DNA of 64,000 nucleotides. Origin: Amphiscolops sp. MND2022. Lineage: Eukaryota. Shown here in pieces: positions 10,640-20,371 of the stretch (position 1 is its first letter; every line of letters begins with the position of its first letter). The notes beneath the pieces were generated by a model. It saw only the letters and a program-made list of their open reading frames with translations. It was not told the DNA's origin and searched no databases. A program made the translations under genes and the position numbers. Where the stretch lies: NCBI GenBank assembly GCA_964187785.1, contig OZ076420.1:43586001-43650000 (forward strand), in the 5' to 3' direction.

Positions 10640-13600
10640 ATGTCTTCTTCTGAAGGTTGGTTTGTTTTTATTTCGAACTAAATCTAACTTGATCAGGGTT
10701 AAATCCGTTCACAATATGCTTCCTGTTTCCATTAGTAAACGCGTGATAACACGTTTCGTTCAGATTTTCAAACACTTCCGGAAGTTTTCTAATGCGGTAA
10801 AATGGATTTTTTTCAAGGAAGCTCACCGCCAAATTTCATTTCCTTTTGTTTAGCAAATCAGCCAGGAGACGAACAGCAAACACAAACCAACTCTGCAGCG
10901 GACATTCCCGACCAACATACACAAACGATTGTTTCTGTGGGTGCGTCCACCAACGTCCGTGGATCACAATTGTCTCCTCCTCCTTTTGCTCCAATAAAAC
11001 CGCCAAGGTCTCCGAGCAGTACAGACAGCAACGTCGACGTAACATCTTATGCCGACGAAAAGCTTCAGCTCCTCGAGCAGGCCCTACAGCAATCAACGGG
11101 ACATACTGAGGGTCCTTCTTCCACGGAGATCGAGGCACGGGTTACTACGCCGCTCTTTCGTACCAGCACCCCTACCCCAGGCGTAACCGGTGAGACCGTC
11201 GAGCTCAATTTGACTCAGCTAGAGACTGGACTGACGATTGCTCCTTCCTCAAGGACTATACTAGCGGAATTGTTGCCCACTGACGTGACTCCTGCCGAAA
11301 TGTCCGCAGCCTCATTTCTTCAGATTGAAACGGACGAAAGCTCTTCCCTATGTGATGTCCCCAAGCTGCCAACAGGAACACCAAAGGTCAGGTGGTTGGG
11401 CGATGAGACTGGAACCGAAGAAGCCGGCGACACATCCAGCCAGGCTAGTGCCCCTCAATTGTACGCCTACCTGCCAATAGGTAATGAAGCAGACACTGCA
11501 GGGGAAGGGTCATCAACTGATACTTTCGCTGCAATTCCTGATTCCATGCGTCCTTCCACTTCAGCAGTTCAGGACCCCAAAATCAGGGAACTTTCCGGCC
11601 GTAGTAGGGCCATTTTGAAACAGTATTTCGATGATGATGCCAGCACTATCACCTTCCCGCTTGGTCATCGAACTGTGGCATTCACGGAGCCGCAAATCTA
11701 TCATCTCCTAAGGGTCCTTACTGACGAGACCTTGAAAATGTCCTACTCCACCATGGAGCAGATGGTAATTGGCGCGGTTAGGGGGGCTCCTGTCACTTCC
11801 AGTCCTCGAACTGACCACTTCAAGATCCGACCAAGGGCTCAAACTCCCGGCCCAGGACTGCAAAGTGATTCGGAAAATAGTTCGCGGGCTGAGTACTGTT
11901 CCGGATCAGGGACTGACACCTCTGAAGGATTCGGTGCTGGCCAAAAAAGTAGAGGGTCAGAATCTTTCAACGAAACCGATAGTTCTGGTGAGATGGCACT
12001 CATCTCACGGGCTTTCAAGGAACCTTTCAGCCGCGTTCCACCATCTCGAGCTGACCCTACCCAAGCAGGTTTTGAGTCCACTGAGCAATCCAGCCTCGAC
12101 GCCACCCTCTCCGAGTTACGTACCCAGACGGCCCCAGCACAACCTCTAGTTTCAAGTTCTGGTAAATTGCCCAAGAAGAAACGGCGCGGCCATACACGAG
12201 GCATTCCCATGAAGGAGGAATTCTTCTCCAAAATTGGCTGGACCCGATCGTTCATTTCCGGGCCCGCCGATCCCCTTCACAATCCTTTTATGGTGTGGTG
12301 CCATATATGCAAGAAGAATATCTCAGTGAAAACCAAGGGTACACTAGAGATTCTGCGTCACCACAGAACTGAAAAACATCTCAGACGTGACCAGAGATGG
12401 CGCTATGAACACCTCAAAAGCGTTGATCCAGTGACTGGGAAAGTGCAGCATCGGGTCAGGGGGCGGAACGGCAAGATTCTCACTAAGATTGAGCTGGCGA
12501 AAGAACTCCCCAAATTTATGCACGTCGAACTAATAGACATCGGAGAACGCTTCCCATTCTACGACGACTTCGTGAAAGGGACGCGAACCACACTCGTCAC
12601 TCCTGCGTCAAGGGCCAAGACACAAATACACCTCATTGAGGACTTTGTGCAAACTCACGGTGATCTTGGAGTACTCCGCAGACTATGGGATCAAATAGGA
12701 TCTCTGACGAATTATCAAACCAGTTACTGTGACTTCGATTGGGGGGAAGAAAGAATCTCGGTAGGTTCCCTTTCTAGTTAGCGTTTTGCTCAGGGAAGGT
12801 ATAGGTTCCTTACACATTTCGTAATTTTATATTTCCTTTTCAGGCCATCTTCCAACACATTTTCAATTGTGCCATGAGTGAATTAGCAGAGCAAATCGCT
12901 GCCACCCAATGCTTCGCTATCGAATTTGAAAATGTGGGCGTGAATAGACTCATGTCTATCAAGTTCTGGAAAGGCGATTCTCCTTGTCGCGTCTTTGTGT
13001 GCCGAAGTGGACTTCCCTCCGCTGATCTGACTGGGGACTTGGGTTCGATATCCAGATTGTTCTCTGTGGTTTCAACCGAAGCCGATATCGTTGCCTGTTC
13101 AGGATGTCCGGTAGAGTTGATCCAAACCATAGATCACAATGAGTTCTTTCCCCGAGCAGTACAGAGTTGCTTTCGTTTTGAGCAGCTGCAACTTCAGAAG
13201 ATGATGCACAAGCCCACCTACAGCGTGTTTGGACGGATCGACTTTTTCTCCGTCCTGAAGTGCCTGATCGTTTCATTGGGAGCTGCTACCGGTGAGGACT
13301 GGGTTCTGGAATCTCCTGATCTGGGACGAGTAAGTATATTAAGCGCACTCATGTAGCTAGGGGTTTGAAGGTAGGTGCAGTTGAGAGACAATTTTGGTTC
13401 ATTTAAGGCCATCGACACCTGCAAACTAGATTTGCCAAGCCTCCCCAATCTTTGCCGAGAACTTGTGAAGCATTGGAAGGCAATCAGACAGTACTTGACT
13501 ACGCACACCCCTCATCAAGGAATGCAAGGAGTCCACAATCAGGTCCAAAGCTTCGAGTGGTCCATCATCTGTGACTTCTTCTTTGTCACCAAATTGGAAT

Positions 13601-14921
13601 TCTTCCAGCGCATAATTGGCGATTGTGAGTATACGGTTTCATTTCATGTCAGTGCACTAAGACGTCGTTCTGATAATTTAGGTCCTTGAGTTGTTGAACC
13701 ACTATTAACATTGTTTCGTTTGTGTATCCTATCCTTCTCATAATCACGACTGTTGTATTTCCAGACGTTACCAGTTTCGCCATCAATCTGCAGGGCCGCC
13801 GTGATGCGTCGTTCTTCCTCTGTGGGGAGGTTTGCCGCTTTGTTTCAAAACTGTGCGCCCGATGTTACTTGCCGGAAACCATTCCCCTCGAGAACTCGTG
13901 GTTCCTCCTCCTCGGGTTCAAGGTGAGCGAGGGCAAATTCATGAGTGAGGAAGACTTCCTTATCCGGCACCGTCTCACAAACCGGATAGCTACAGCCAGT
14001 AAACAGAGTGCAGAAGTCACACACCTAAACAAGAAATCGGAGAAGGCTGCTATCGAGAAGACGGCCGCAGAAACGACCAGCGGCTTTGTCAAAGAGGCGT
14101 TGCAATTTATTCAATATCTGGTCAAACAAGTCCTCAGTCAAGCTGGTCTGAGCTCTGAAGTGATCAAGGGGTTGGCTGCTTTTGACCCCTTCGTCCTTTT
14201 CAAAAGGCCTTGTGAGGTCGGGCTCCGGCACTTCGATGTGCTATATTCTACTTTCCAGCTTCGGTCATGGGTCACTAGCATCAACGAGAACAGTTGCCGA
14301 GACAAATATATGGCTCTGTTGGACTACCTCCGAGTCAACTATCCCCCAGATTTCGATCTGATGGAGAATTCCGTCGATCTTATAGACTTTTTAATGGGGC
14401 TTGAGTTTTTTCAAACTCATGAGCACTTGTTCTATCTGTTCAAACTCTGCTGCTTGTGTCTGACTAGTGTTAGTCCGCAACATCCTCCAGTATTATTCGG
14501 GAGTGTTGACACAACCGGGTGTCAGGGCCGTTTTGCCGATCTAGTGGTGCCTTGCCAGAGTTACCTTTCCTGTGTGCCCCATTCCATTTCCCATTGCTGC
14601 TCGGATGTCAATTTAGAGAAGTTCTCAGTTCTCAGTTCCTCTTTCGAGCGTTCTGCTTTCTCTGCTGACTACGATCCATGGACCCTTGTGGATGAGTTTG
14701 GTAGGTCCAAGATCTACAACAGTCTTCTCACCTCCTATAAGGCCGTTACTGCTGTTCCTTCTACTCGTTCTGTCCGGATAGAAAAGGATACTGCCTCGTC
14801 CATCCCTGATGATTCAGCTGTAAAGGTGCCTTCCAAGAAGCAGAGGAAGCGAGCAGGTAGCAGCAGTTCTACAATTTCGTCTGAATCCAAGAAAGCCGTT
14901 CAGGGGTCCTCTAAAGACTAA
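10640..14921 (+). CDS. Five-exon antisense gene inside the retrotransposon: BED-type zinc finger plus hAT-transposase-like core, about 1,260 aa
   Basis: Exons 10640-10655, 10854-12760, 12844-13329, 13408-13624, 13765-14921 (3,783 nt, 1,260 aa plus stop). GT-AG introns of 198, 83, 78 and 140 nt (phases 1, 0, 0, 1) all restore the frame. W...CHICKK...RHHRTEKH is a BED-like finger. Exon 1 is the least certain (weaker GTTGGT donor). Confidence 0.85.
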
Positions 14922-15160
14922 ATGTACATATGTATTTATGTACTTTCAGACTGTAAACTTTGTTCATTTCCTTCATTGTTTTGTTTTCTCATTTGCTCTT
15001 GATTTTGTTTCTTCGTTGCCTTGATCCCATATTTATTTCTTTGTAAGGGATCACTTGTAATGCCCCAATTATTTATTGCAAAAGCTTCTCTGAGGGGCCA
15101 GAAAAAGGATAAAAAGAATGAAAAGAAGAGAATTCCCATTTTCGGGAAGAAATTCAATTC

Positions 15161-18100
15161 TTAGTATCTGAAGTCTTCTGGGTAGTTTGGGTTGGGGTTA
15201 GGCCTGAGGTTATATTTTCCTCCTCTAGGACTCAGGCTTTCATTTCTAGCATCATTTTCAGATATTTCGGGCACGATAATATCATCCCCCCTATTTGGAG
15301 AAATTTGTGTATCGTTTTCATTCGTCAAGTTTCTTTCTGAAAAACTTTCATCGTTTTCCGGTCTATCTGCCGTATTCGGCAATGATTTTTCTTGGTTTTT
15401 TGGGGAAACGGCCTGATTCGGCCAATCAGATTCTTCATTTTCTGTGACTGCAGTAGATTCATTTCTTTCAGTGACGTCATCGCTTAAGCGGTCATTCCGG
15501 CTGTGCGCTGCATTGCCGTTGTTCGTTACTTCTCGCGTGATTATGTAATCCACTTCATTCTCGGTTACGTCATTTGTATTCGTTTCTGCCGGATTCGGCC
15601 GTTCACCATTCGGCGTGCTAGTCGGAATAGTCGCGCTTCCTTGTGTAACTAGCTGCTCACCAAAGTCGGTTTCCCACGTTATGATATATAAATCATCTTG
15701 CGGAATGACGATTTCTTCATCTGGCTGTAACCGTTGTTCTCGGAAATTGTCTTCAAGTGGTTGATTGGGGACAAACTTCTTAAGGCGAATCCGATGTAAA
15801 ATTTGAGTTTTGTTCGTGTTGATCCGTCGTACTATATAGTTTTCATTTGGCAAAACTTTTTGGACTACAAATGGTCCAACCCAATGATAATCGCGGAATG
15901 GGATTTTTGATCCTTGATTATCCGCTTTCGGCTGTAGGACAAAACAGTATTCGTTCTCCTTTAGTGGAGCGGCTTTTGCTTTGCGGTCATAATTTTCTTT
16001 GTACTTGATATACGACTGCATAATGTTGTGCTTTGTTTTGTCAATCAGGATTTTTGTCCGGTTTTGGATTTCTTCAGCAAATTCGGTTTTGGGGTTGATC
16101 TGCTCGTTTGGATTACTTCTAAGCTTGTGATCCAATATATTGAATGGAATTCTTCCGTGAAATACTCTCGTAGGCTCACAACCGATGCTCGCGTGATAAC
16201 TAGTATTATGATTCAGTACTGCTAATGGCAAGTATTTGTGCCATTGTCGGCGATATTCCCCACATGCCATTTTGAGATTTGTTTTCAATGAGGCATGAGT
16301 TCGCTCTAATTTCCCAATTGTTTGCGGGTGTTTTGTCGTGGCGCATTTGAGTGTTATGCCCAAAATCTGCGTAACCTCCGCAATAATTGTAGAAGTAAAT
16401 GCAGTACCTTTATCAGTGATAAGAGTCGTTGGTAAATATGAGTGTTTAGTCATGATGTCAATGAGCACTTTTGCTACATTGATCGCTGATGCGTCCGTAA
16501 GGGGATAGGCGAACAAATATCTTAAGAATACATCAATTGCCGTTAGGATGTTTTCATACCCTCCACTTGGGGGAAGATTCGGCAATAGGTCGATCTGCAT
16601 GTTGTCTTCAGGTCCAAGGTCCCATTCGGGCAAGTTGAGCAGCTCCGGTAAGATCGTTGCATTAGGGACTCGCTTGTCTCTTGCGCATTGTTCACACCCT
16701 TCTACCCATTTTTTGACGTGTTTAGCCATGTTAGGGTAGTAATACCTCTGTCGGATTTCCTGCAACATTTTTAAAATGCCCGGATGTTTGTGCGCTGTCC
16801 CGTGAAGAGACTGAAGCAATTCCAGTAGTAAATGTTGCGGGAGCAGGATTTGATGGTATTTAACGTTCCCTGTTTCATCAAAGTATTGCCTTGTTAAGAT
16901 TTCGTCCTTTAGTACAATCCGTTCCAGATTGTTTGCGTAATGTCTATGTCGGGCATCCTGGTGCAGTAGGTTTTCTGAATACTCTTCGTGAAGCAGTTTT
17001 GCTTTCAATTGTTGTAGTACTGCATCTTTGGATTGCTCCATAATGATCTGGTTCGTTTTCCTCAATCGGACTTGTATATCGGGGTTTTGCTCGATCAGAT
17101 TTGTTGACAGAGTTTGTATAGTGACAGTGGGCTCATCAGTTGTTGGATTTTTCCTGATTGCTTCTTTTCTTGCCCAATGATGTTCCTCTGTCTCATCGTC
17201 GTCACTGGTGTAGAAGATTTGTTCTTCTTGTGACACCCCTGCGGATTGGACATTGATTTCGATTGGTAGAGTTTGTACATCTTCACGAATTTTCATCACC
17301 AATTTGTCCTTCGGGTCTGCTTCCAATCGGGACAAATAGTCGGCAGCTGTATTTTGTGCCCCCGGGATGTGCGCAATGACAAAATTGAACTGGATAACAT
17401 AGTCACATGCGTTCCACAGTGCTGGGGGTATTATTTTTGTTTGGAAAAATGGTGTTACAGCCTTGTTGTCCGTAAGGGTGATGACCGGTTTCGGCGCACC
17501 CCAGAAGATATGTCCGAATTCTTTGAATGCAAAATAAATTGCAAGAAATTCTTTAGCATAAATTGACATCTTGATCTGTGCTGGGGTGAAAGTTTTTGAT
17601 CCATATGCGACCGGTGCGTACGATTTCCTGAGTGATGTAAATTTCTGGCTTGGGTCGTCTTCAATTAGGACCGCGTACCCGGCTGCACCAAAACTTGCAT
17701 CAGTCATTAGTGCTATTTGCTTGTTTGGAATGGGTTGCTGTAGGGCCAAGTCGCAACATTTGTCTAGTGCTTTGTTGATTTCTTCGAATTGCTGGACTAA
17801 TTCTTTCGATACTAGGACTTTTTCGTCACTTTTCAGCATCTTGTAGAATGGGGCATGGCGTTCGGAGAGTCTTGGGACATAATTCCTGTAGTAGTTTAGG
17901 AATCCCAAATATCGTTGTAAAGCCTTTTTCGACTTCGGGAATTTGGTCTTTTCCAGAAAGTTTTGCACGTTCTGTTTCTGGGGTTTGACGCCTTGTGGGG
18001 TAATAGTCCGTCCGAGAAAATCGATTTCTTTTGCACCGAAGTGACATTTGTGCATTGTTAACTTAAGGCCTGCTTTCTGAATGCATTTGAACGTAGTTCT

Positions 18101-20371
18101 CAGGTTCGTCATGAGGTGGTCAACATCATTGGCTGCGATGCCGATATCGTCCACATACTGGGCACACTGATCCGCTTTAATGACTTTGTCAAGGTATTCT
18201 CTCATGAAACTCGAGAATGCGGATAGTGACCGACTAAGGCCTTGTGCCAAACGTCTGTAAGCGAATGTACGACTGGCAAAATTGAAAGCCAACATTTCTA
18301 TTGAACGTTGGTCGGCCATTGGTAGGCAGTGATATGCCTGTGAGCAGTCCAATTTACAGAACAGTTTTTTGCCTGCCAAGTGTTGGGCAGCATCAACCAG
18401 TGTGCTGACGGGGTGATTATTGTTAATATAATCATCCGAGATGAGGTTGTTGATTTTTCTCAAGTCAACCAAGAGTCGGAGTTTCCGATTCGGTTTCTTC
18501 TGTGCAAATATTGGACTCGCATATTTCGAAATTGGCAGTGTAGTTATTATGCTATATTTGTGTAACATGGCTAATTCAACTAGGATGTCCTCCTTCAAGT
18601 TGATAGGAGCTGGAAGGCTTTGACTATAGGCTGGGGAATCGTCCTTAGGCGTCAATTTCACCTTGAATTCCTCGTTCATGCCTATATCAAATCGGTGTCG
18701 TGCAAAGATGTCATGGAATTCCACTAGCAATTCCTCTATGTTCTCCTTTTCTTCAGGAGTAAGGGTGGAATCTTTCCAATCGAAGTTTTCTAGGAATTTT
18801 GCACGAGATTCTGCATTTGTAGTGGGGTCGAGTGTCTCCAGGTCCTGTAAGGCCTGTAACTTGCGTAGGATTCGTTTCTGGATAGGTGTGTGTTCGTCGG
18901 GGTTTCCAGGGTTTTCTGGAGTTGGGAACCAATAATTTTCGGAGTTTTGTGGATTTTTATTGGTCTTGATGAGACTGCTGACATAGTGGGCTGCCTGCTC
19001 CTGGTCATTCTGCAAAAGGTGCCAGGTTGATGCCGGATCTACCGGTTTGACGTACTTCAGCTGTTCTGGTGTCATGACAGAGAAATTGGCAATATGAAGT
19101 CCCTTTTTGAGTTTATAAGGGTGGTCTGTGAAGTTGTTCACTGGTATCATTATATTGCCATCATTTAGAGTGACCAAGGCCGGGCAAAATGTGATGTCGC
19201 CTTCTTCATGTAGAAGGTCGCTTGGTTGCAAAATTCCGGTAACCGCATTCTCAGGATACAGTAGGGAATTGGTCCTAATTAGGACTCTGTCATTTGGCGG
19301 AATTGTTATTTCAGTGGGGTTGAGAATCGGTTCTAGAACATTGGAGTATTTGTGATCAGCTGTTTTAAGCTGCATTGAAAAGAACGGGAAATTCAGGATT
19401 CCTTGTCTCATGTCCAAGACTGTATGGTTTCTCTGAAGGAACATTAGTCCAATTATCGGTCCTGTCAAATGTTCCATTACTATAAAGATTTCATGAAACT
19501 CGATGTCACCAACTTCGAATTTGAGCTCTATGGTACTCTTGGGAGTTTCCAGTTGCCCATTAGCGACCAATATTTGGAAATTCGGAGGCGGACCTTCCCG
19601 GATAACAGATTGTAGAGATAGGAGACGAATTTTCCGGAGGTCCATTTCAGGGATTGCACTGGACAGTGCCCCAGTGTCTATTAATCCATCAATGGTCAAT
19701 TCCCCAAAGTCCATTGGGAAATAAAGCATGCGTTTCTTGCATTTGAGGTTAATGTTGGTTGACAGAGGTATACAGTCTGGTTCACCATCTCTGGTGATGA
19801 GTATATTTTGGAACTGTTTTTCGTCTAGTAATGATTGTGGTATGGCGTCGGTAGTATTTTCAGGGTTCTCGGTTCCCAGAGGGTTTGGGAACACTGGGTG
19901 GTTTGTACCATCGTTCATCTGCCAGTTTTCAATTAGTGTCCGTGTTTTCTTGTTGTGTGTGATTGGAGGGTTCTCGTGGACTGTTTTATTGTAGAGCTCG
20001 ATGTCGTCTAAAACATACTGGAATTGCAGGAGGTCCTGGTTATAGATCTCTGTATCCCAGTAGGGATCTCTGTCATAGTCTGGGTCGATGTATGTTGGGT
20101 TGTAATCATCGATCAGGGGAATGGGCCTGAACCGGGTTGTAAAGGTAGTTGTATAATCAGGATCCCAAACAGGAATTGGTTTCGGGAACAAATGGGTGTT
20201 ATTGTAGGTGAAGGTGATGGCTTTTTCCATCTGCTGCTGCCAGACAACAGAGGGATAGCCCATCAATTGCTGATTGTATTGATGAAAAGTTTTCGTTGGA
20301 GGATCCGACCTGATATATTGTCGGACGGATATGAGTTCGCTATATTGGAGTCGTGGCGAAGTTAGTTTTTT
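15161..20371 (-). CDS. pol: Gypsy Pol polyprotein (aspartic protease, RT, RNase H, integrase), expressed by -1 frameshift
   Basis: 1701-aa ORF with IDTGA (protease), YVDD (RT), TDAS/KEFLA/TDNK/ADYLSR (RNase H), H..H...CEQC and D..D..E (integrase). The frame stays open upstream to the slippery site at 20365-20371. Confidence 0.97.
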   Translation of the reverse strand, partial: KKLTSPRLQYSELISVRQYIRSDPPTKTFHQYNQQLMGYPSVVWQQQMEKAITFTYNNTHLFPKPIPVWDPDYTTTFTTRFRPIPLIDDYNPTYIDPDYDRDPYWDTEIYNQDLLQFQYVLDDIELYNKTVHENPPITHNKKTRTLIENWQMNDGTNHPVFPNPLGTENPENTTDAIPQSLLDEKQFQNILITRDGEPDCIPLSTNINLKCKKRMLYFPMDFGELTIDGLIDTGALSSAIPEMDLRKIRLLSLQSVIREGPPPNFQILVANGQLETPKSTIELKFEVGDIEFHEIFIVMEHLTGPIIGLMFLQRNHTVLDMRQGILNFPFFSMQLKTADHKYSNVLEPILNPTEITIPPNDRVLIRTNSLLYPENAVTGILQPSDLLHEEGDITFCPALVTLNDGNIMIPVNNFTDHPYKLKKGLHIANFSVMTPEQLKYVKPVDPASTWHLLQNDQEQAAHYVSSLIKTNKNPQNSENYWFPTPENPGNPDEHTPIQKRILRKLQALQDLETLDPTTNAESRAKFLENFDWKDSTLTPEEKENIEELLVEFHDIFARHRFDIGMNEEFKVKLTPKDDSPAYSQSLPAPINLKEDILVELAMLHKYSIITTLPISKYASPIFAQKKPNRKLRLLVDLRKINNLISDDYINNNHPVSTLVDAAQHLAGKKLFCKLDCSQAYHCLPMADQRSIEMLAFNFASRTFAYRRLAQGLSRSLSAFSSFMREYLDKVIKADQCAQYVDDIGIAANDVDHLMTNLRTTFKCIQKAGLKLTMHKCHFGAKEIDFLGRTITPQGVKPQKQNVQNFLEKTKFPKSKKALQRYLGFLNYYRNYVPRLSERHAPFYKMLKSDEKVLVSKELVQQFEEINKALDKCCDLALQQPIPNKQIALMTDASFGAAGYAVLIEDDPSQKFTSLRKSYAPVAYGSKTFTPAQIKMSIYAKEFLAIYFAFKEFGHIFWGAPKPVITLTDNKAVTPFFQTKIIPPALWNACDYVIQFNFVIAHIPGAQNTAADYLSRLEADPKDKLVMKIREDVQTLPIEINVQSAGVSQEEQIFYTSDDDETEEHHWARKEAIRKNPTTDEPTVTIQTLSTNLIEQNPDIQVRLRKTNQIIMEQSKDAVLQQLKAKLLHEEYSENLLHQDARHRHYANNLERIVLKDEILTRQYFDETGNVKYHQILLPQHLLLELLQSLHGTAHKHPGILKMLQEIRQRYYYPNMAKHVKKWVEGCEQCARDKRVPNATILPELLNLPEWDLGPEDNMQIDLLPNLPPSGGYENILTAIDVFLRYLFAYPLTDASAINVAKVLIDIMTKHSYLPTTLITDKGTAFTSTIIAEVTQILGITLKCATTKHPQTIGKLERTHASLKTNLKMACGEYRRQWHKYLPLAVLNHNTSYHASIGCEPTRVFHGRIPFNILDHKLRSNPNEQINPKTEFAEEIQNRTKILIDKTKHNIMQSYIKYKENYDRKAKAAPLKENEYCFVLQPKADNQGSKIPFRDYHWVGPFVVQKVLPNENYIVRRINTNKTQILHRIRLKKFVPNQPLEDNFREQRLQPDEEIVIPQDDLYIITWETDFGEQLVTQGSATIPTSTPNGERPNPAETNTNDVTENEVDYIITREVTNNGNAAHSRNDRLSDDVTERNESTAVTENEESDWPNQAVSPKNQEKSLPNTADRPENDESFSERNLTNENDTQISPNRGDDIIVPEISENDARNESLSPRGGKYNLRPNPNPNYPEDFRY

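Noticed and set aside
10802-10853. ORF-track start MDFFQGSS of the 659-aa ORF
   Set aside because: It lies in the pyrimidine-rich acceptor region of predicted intron 1. An in-phase upstream exon (10640-10655) fits better.
10300-15100. Nested autonomous hAT transposon
   Set aside because: No terminal inverted repeats or 8-bp TSD were seen by eye and the catalytic motifs look degenerate. Not formally excluded.
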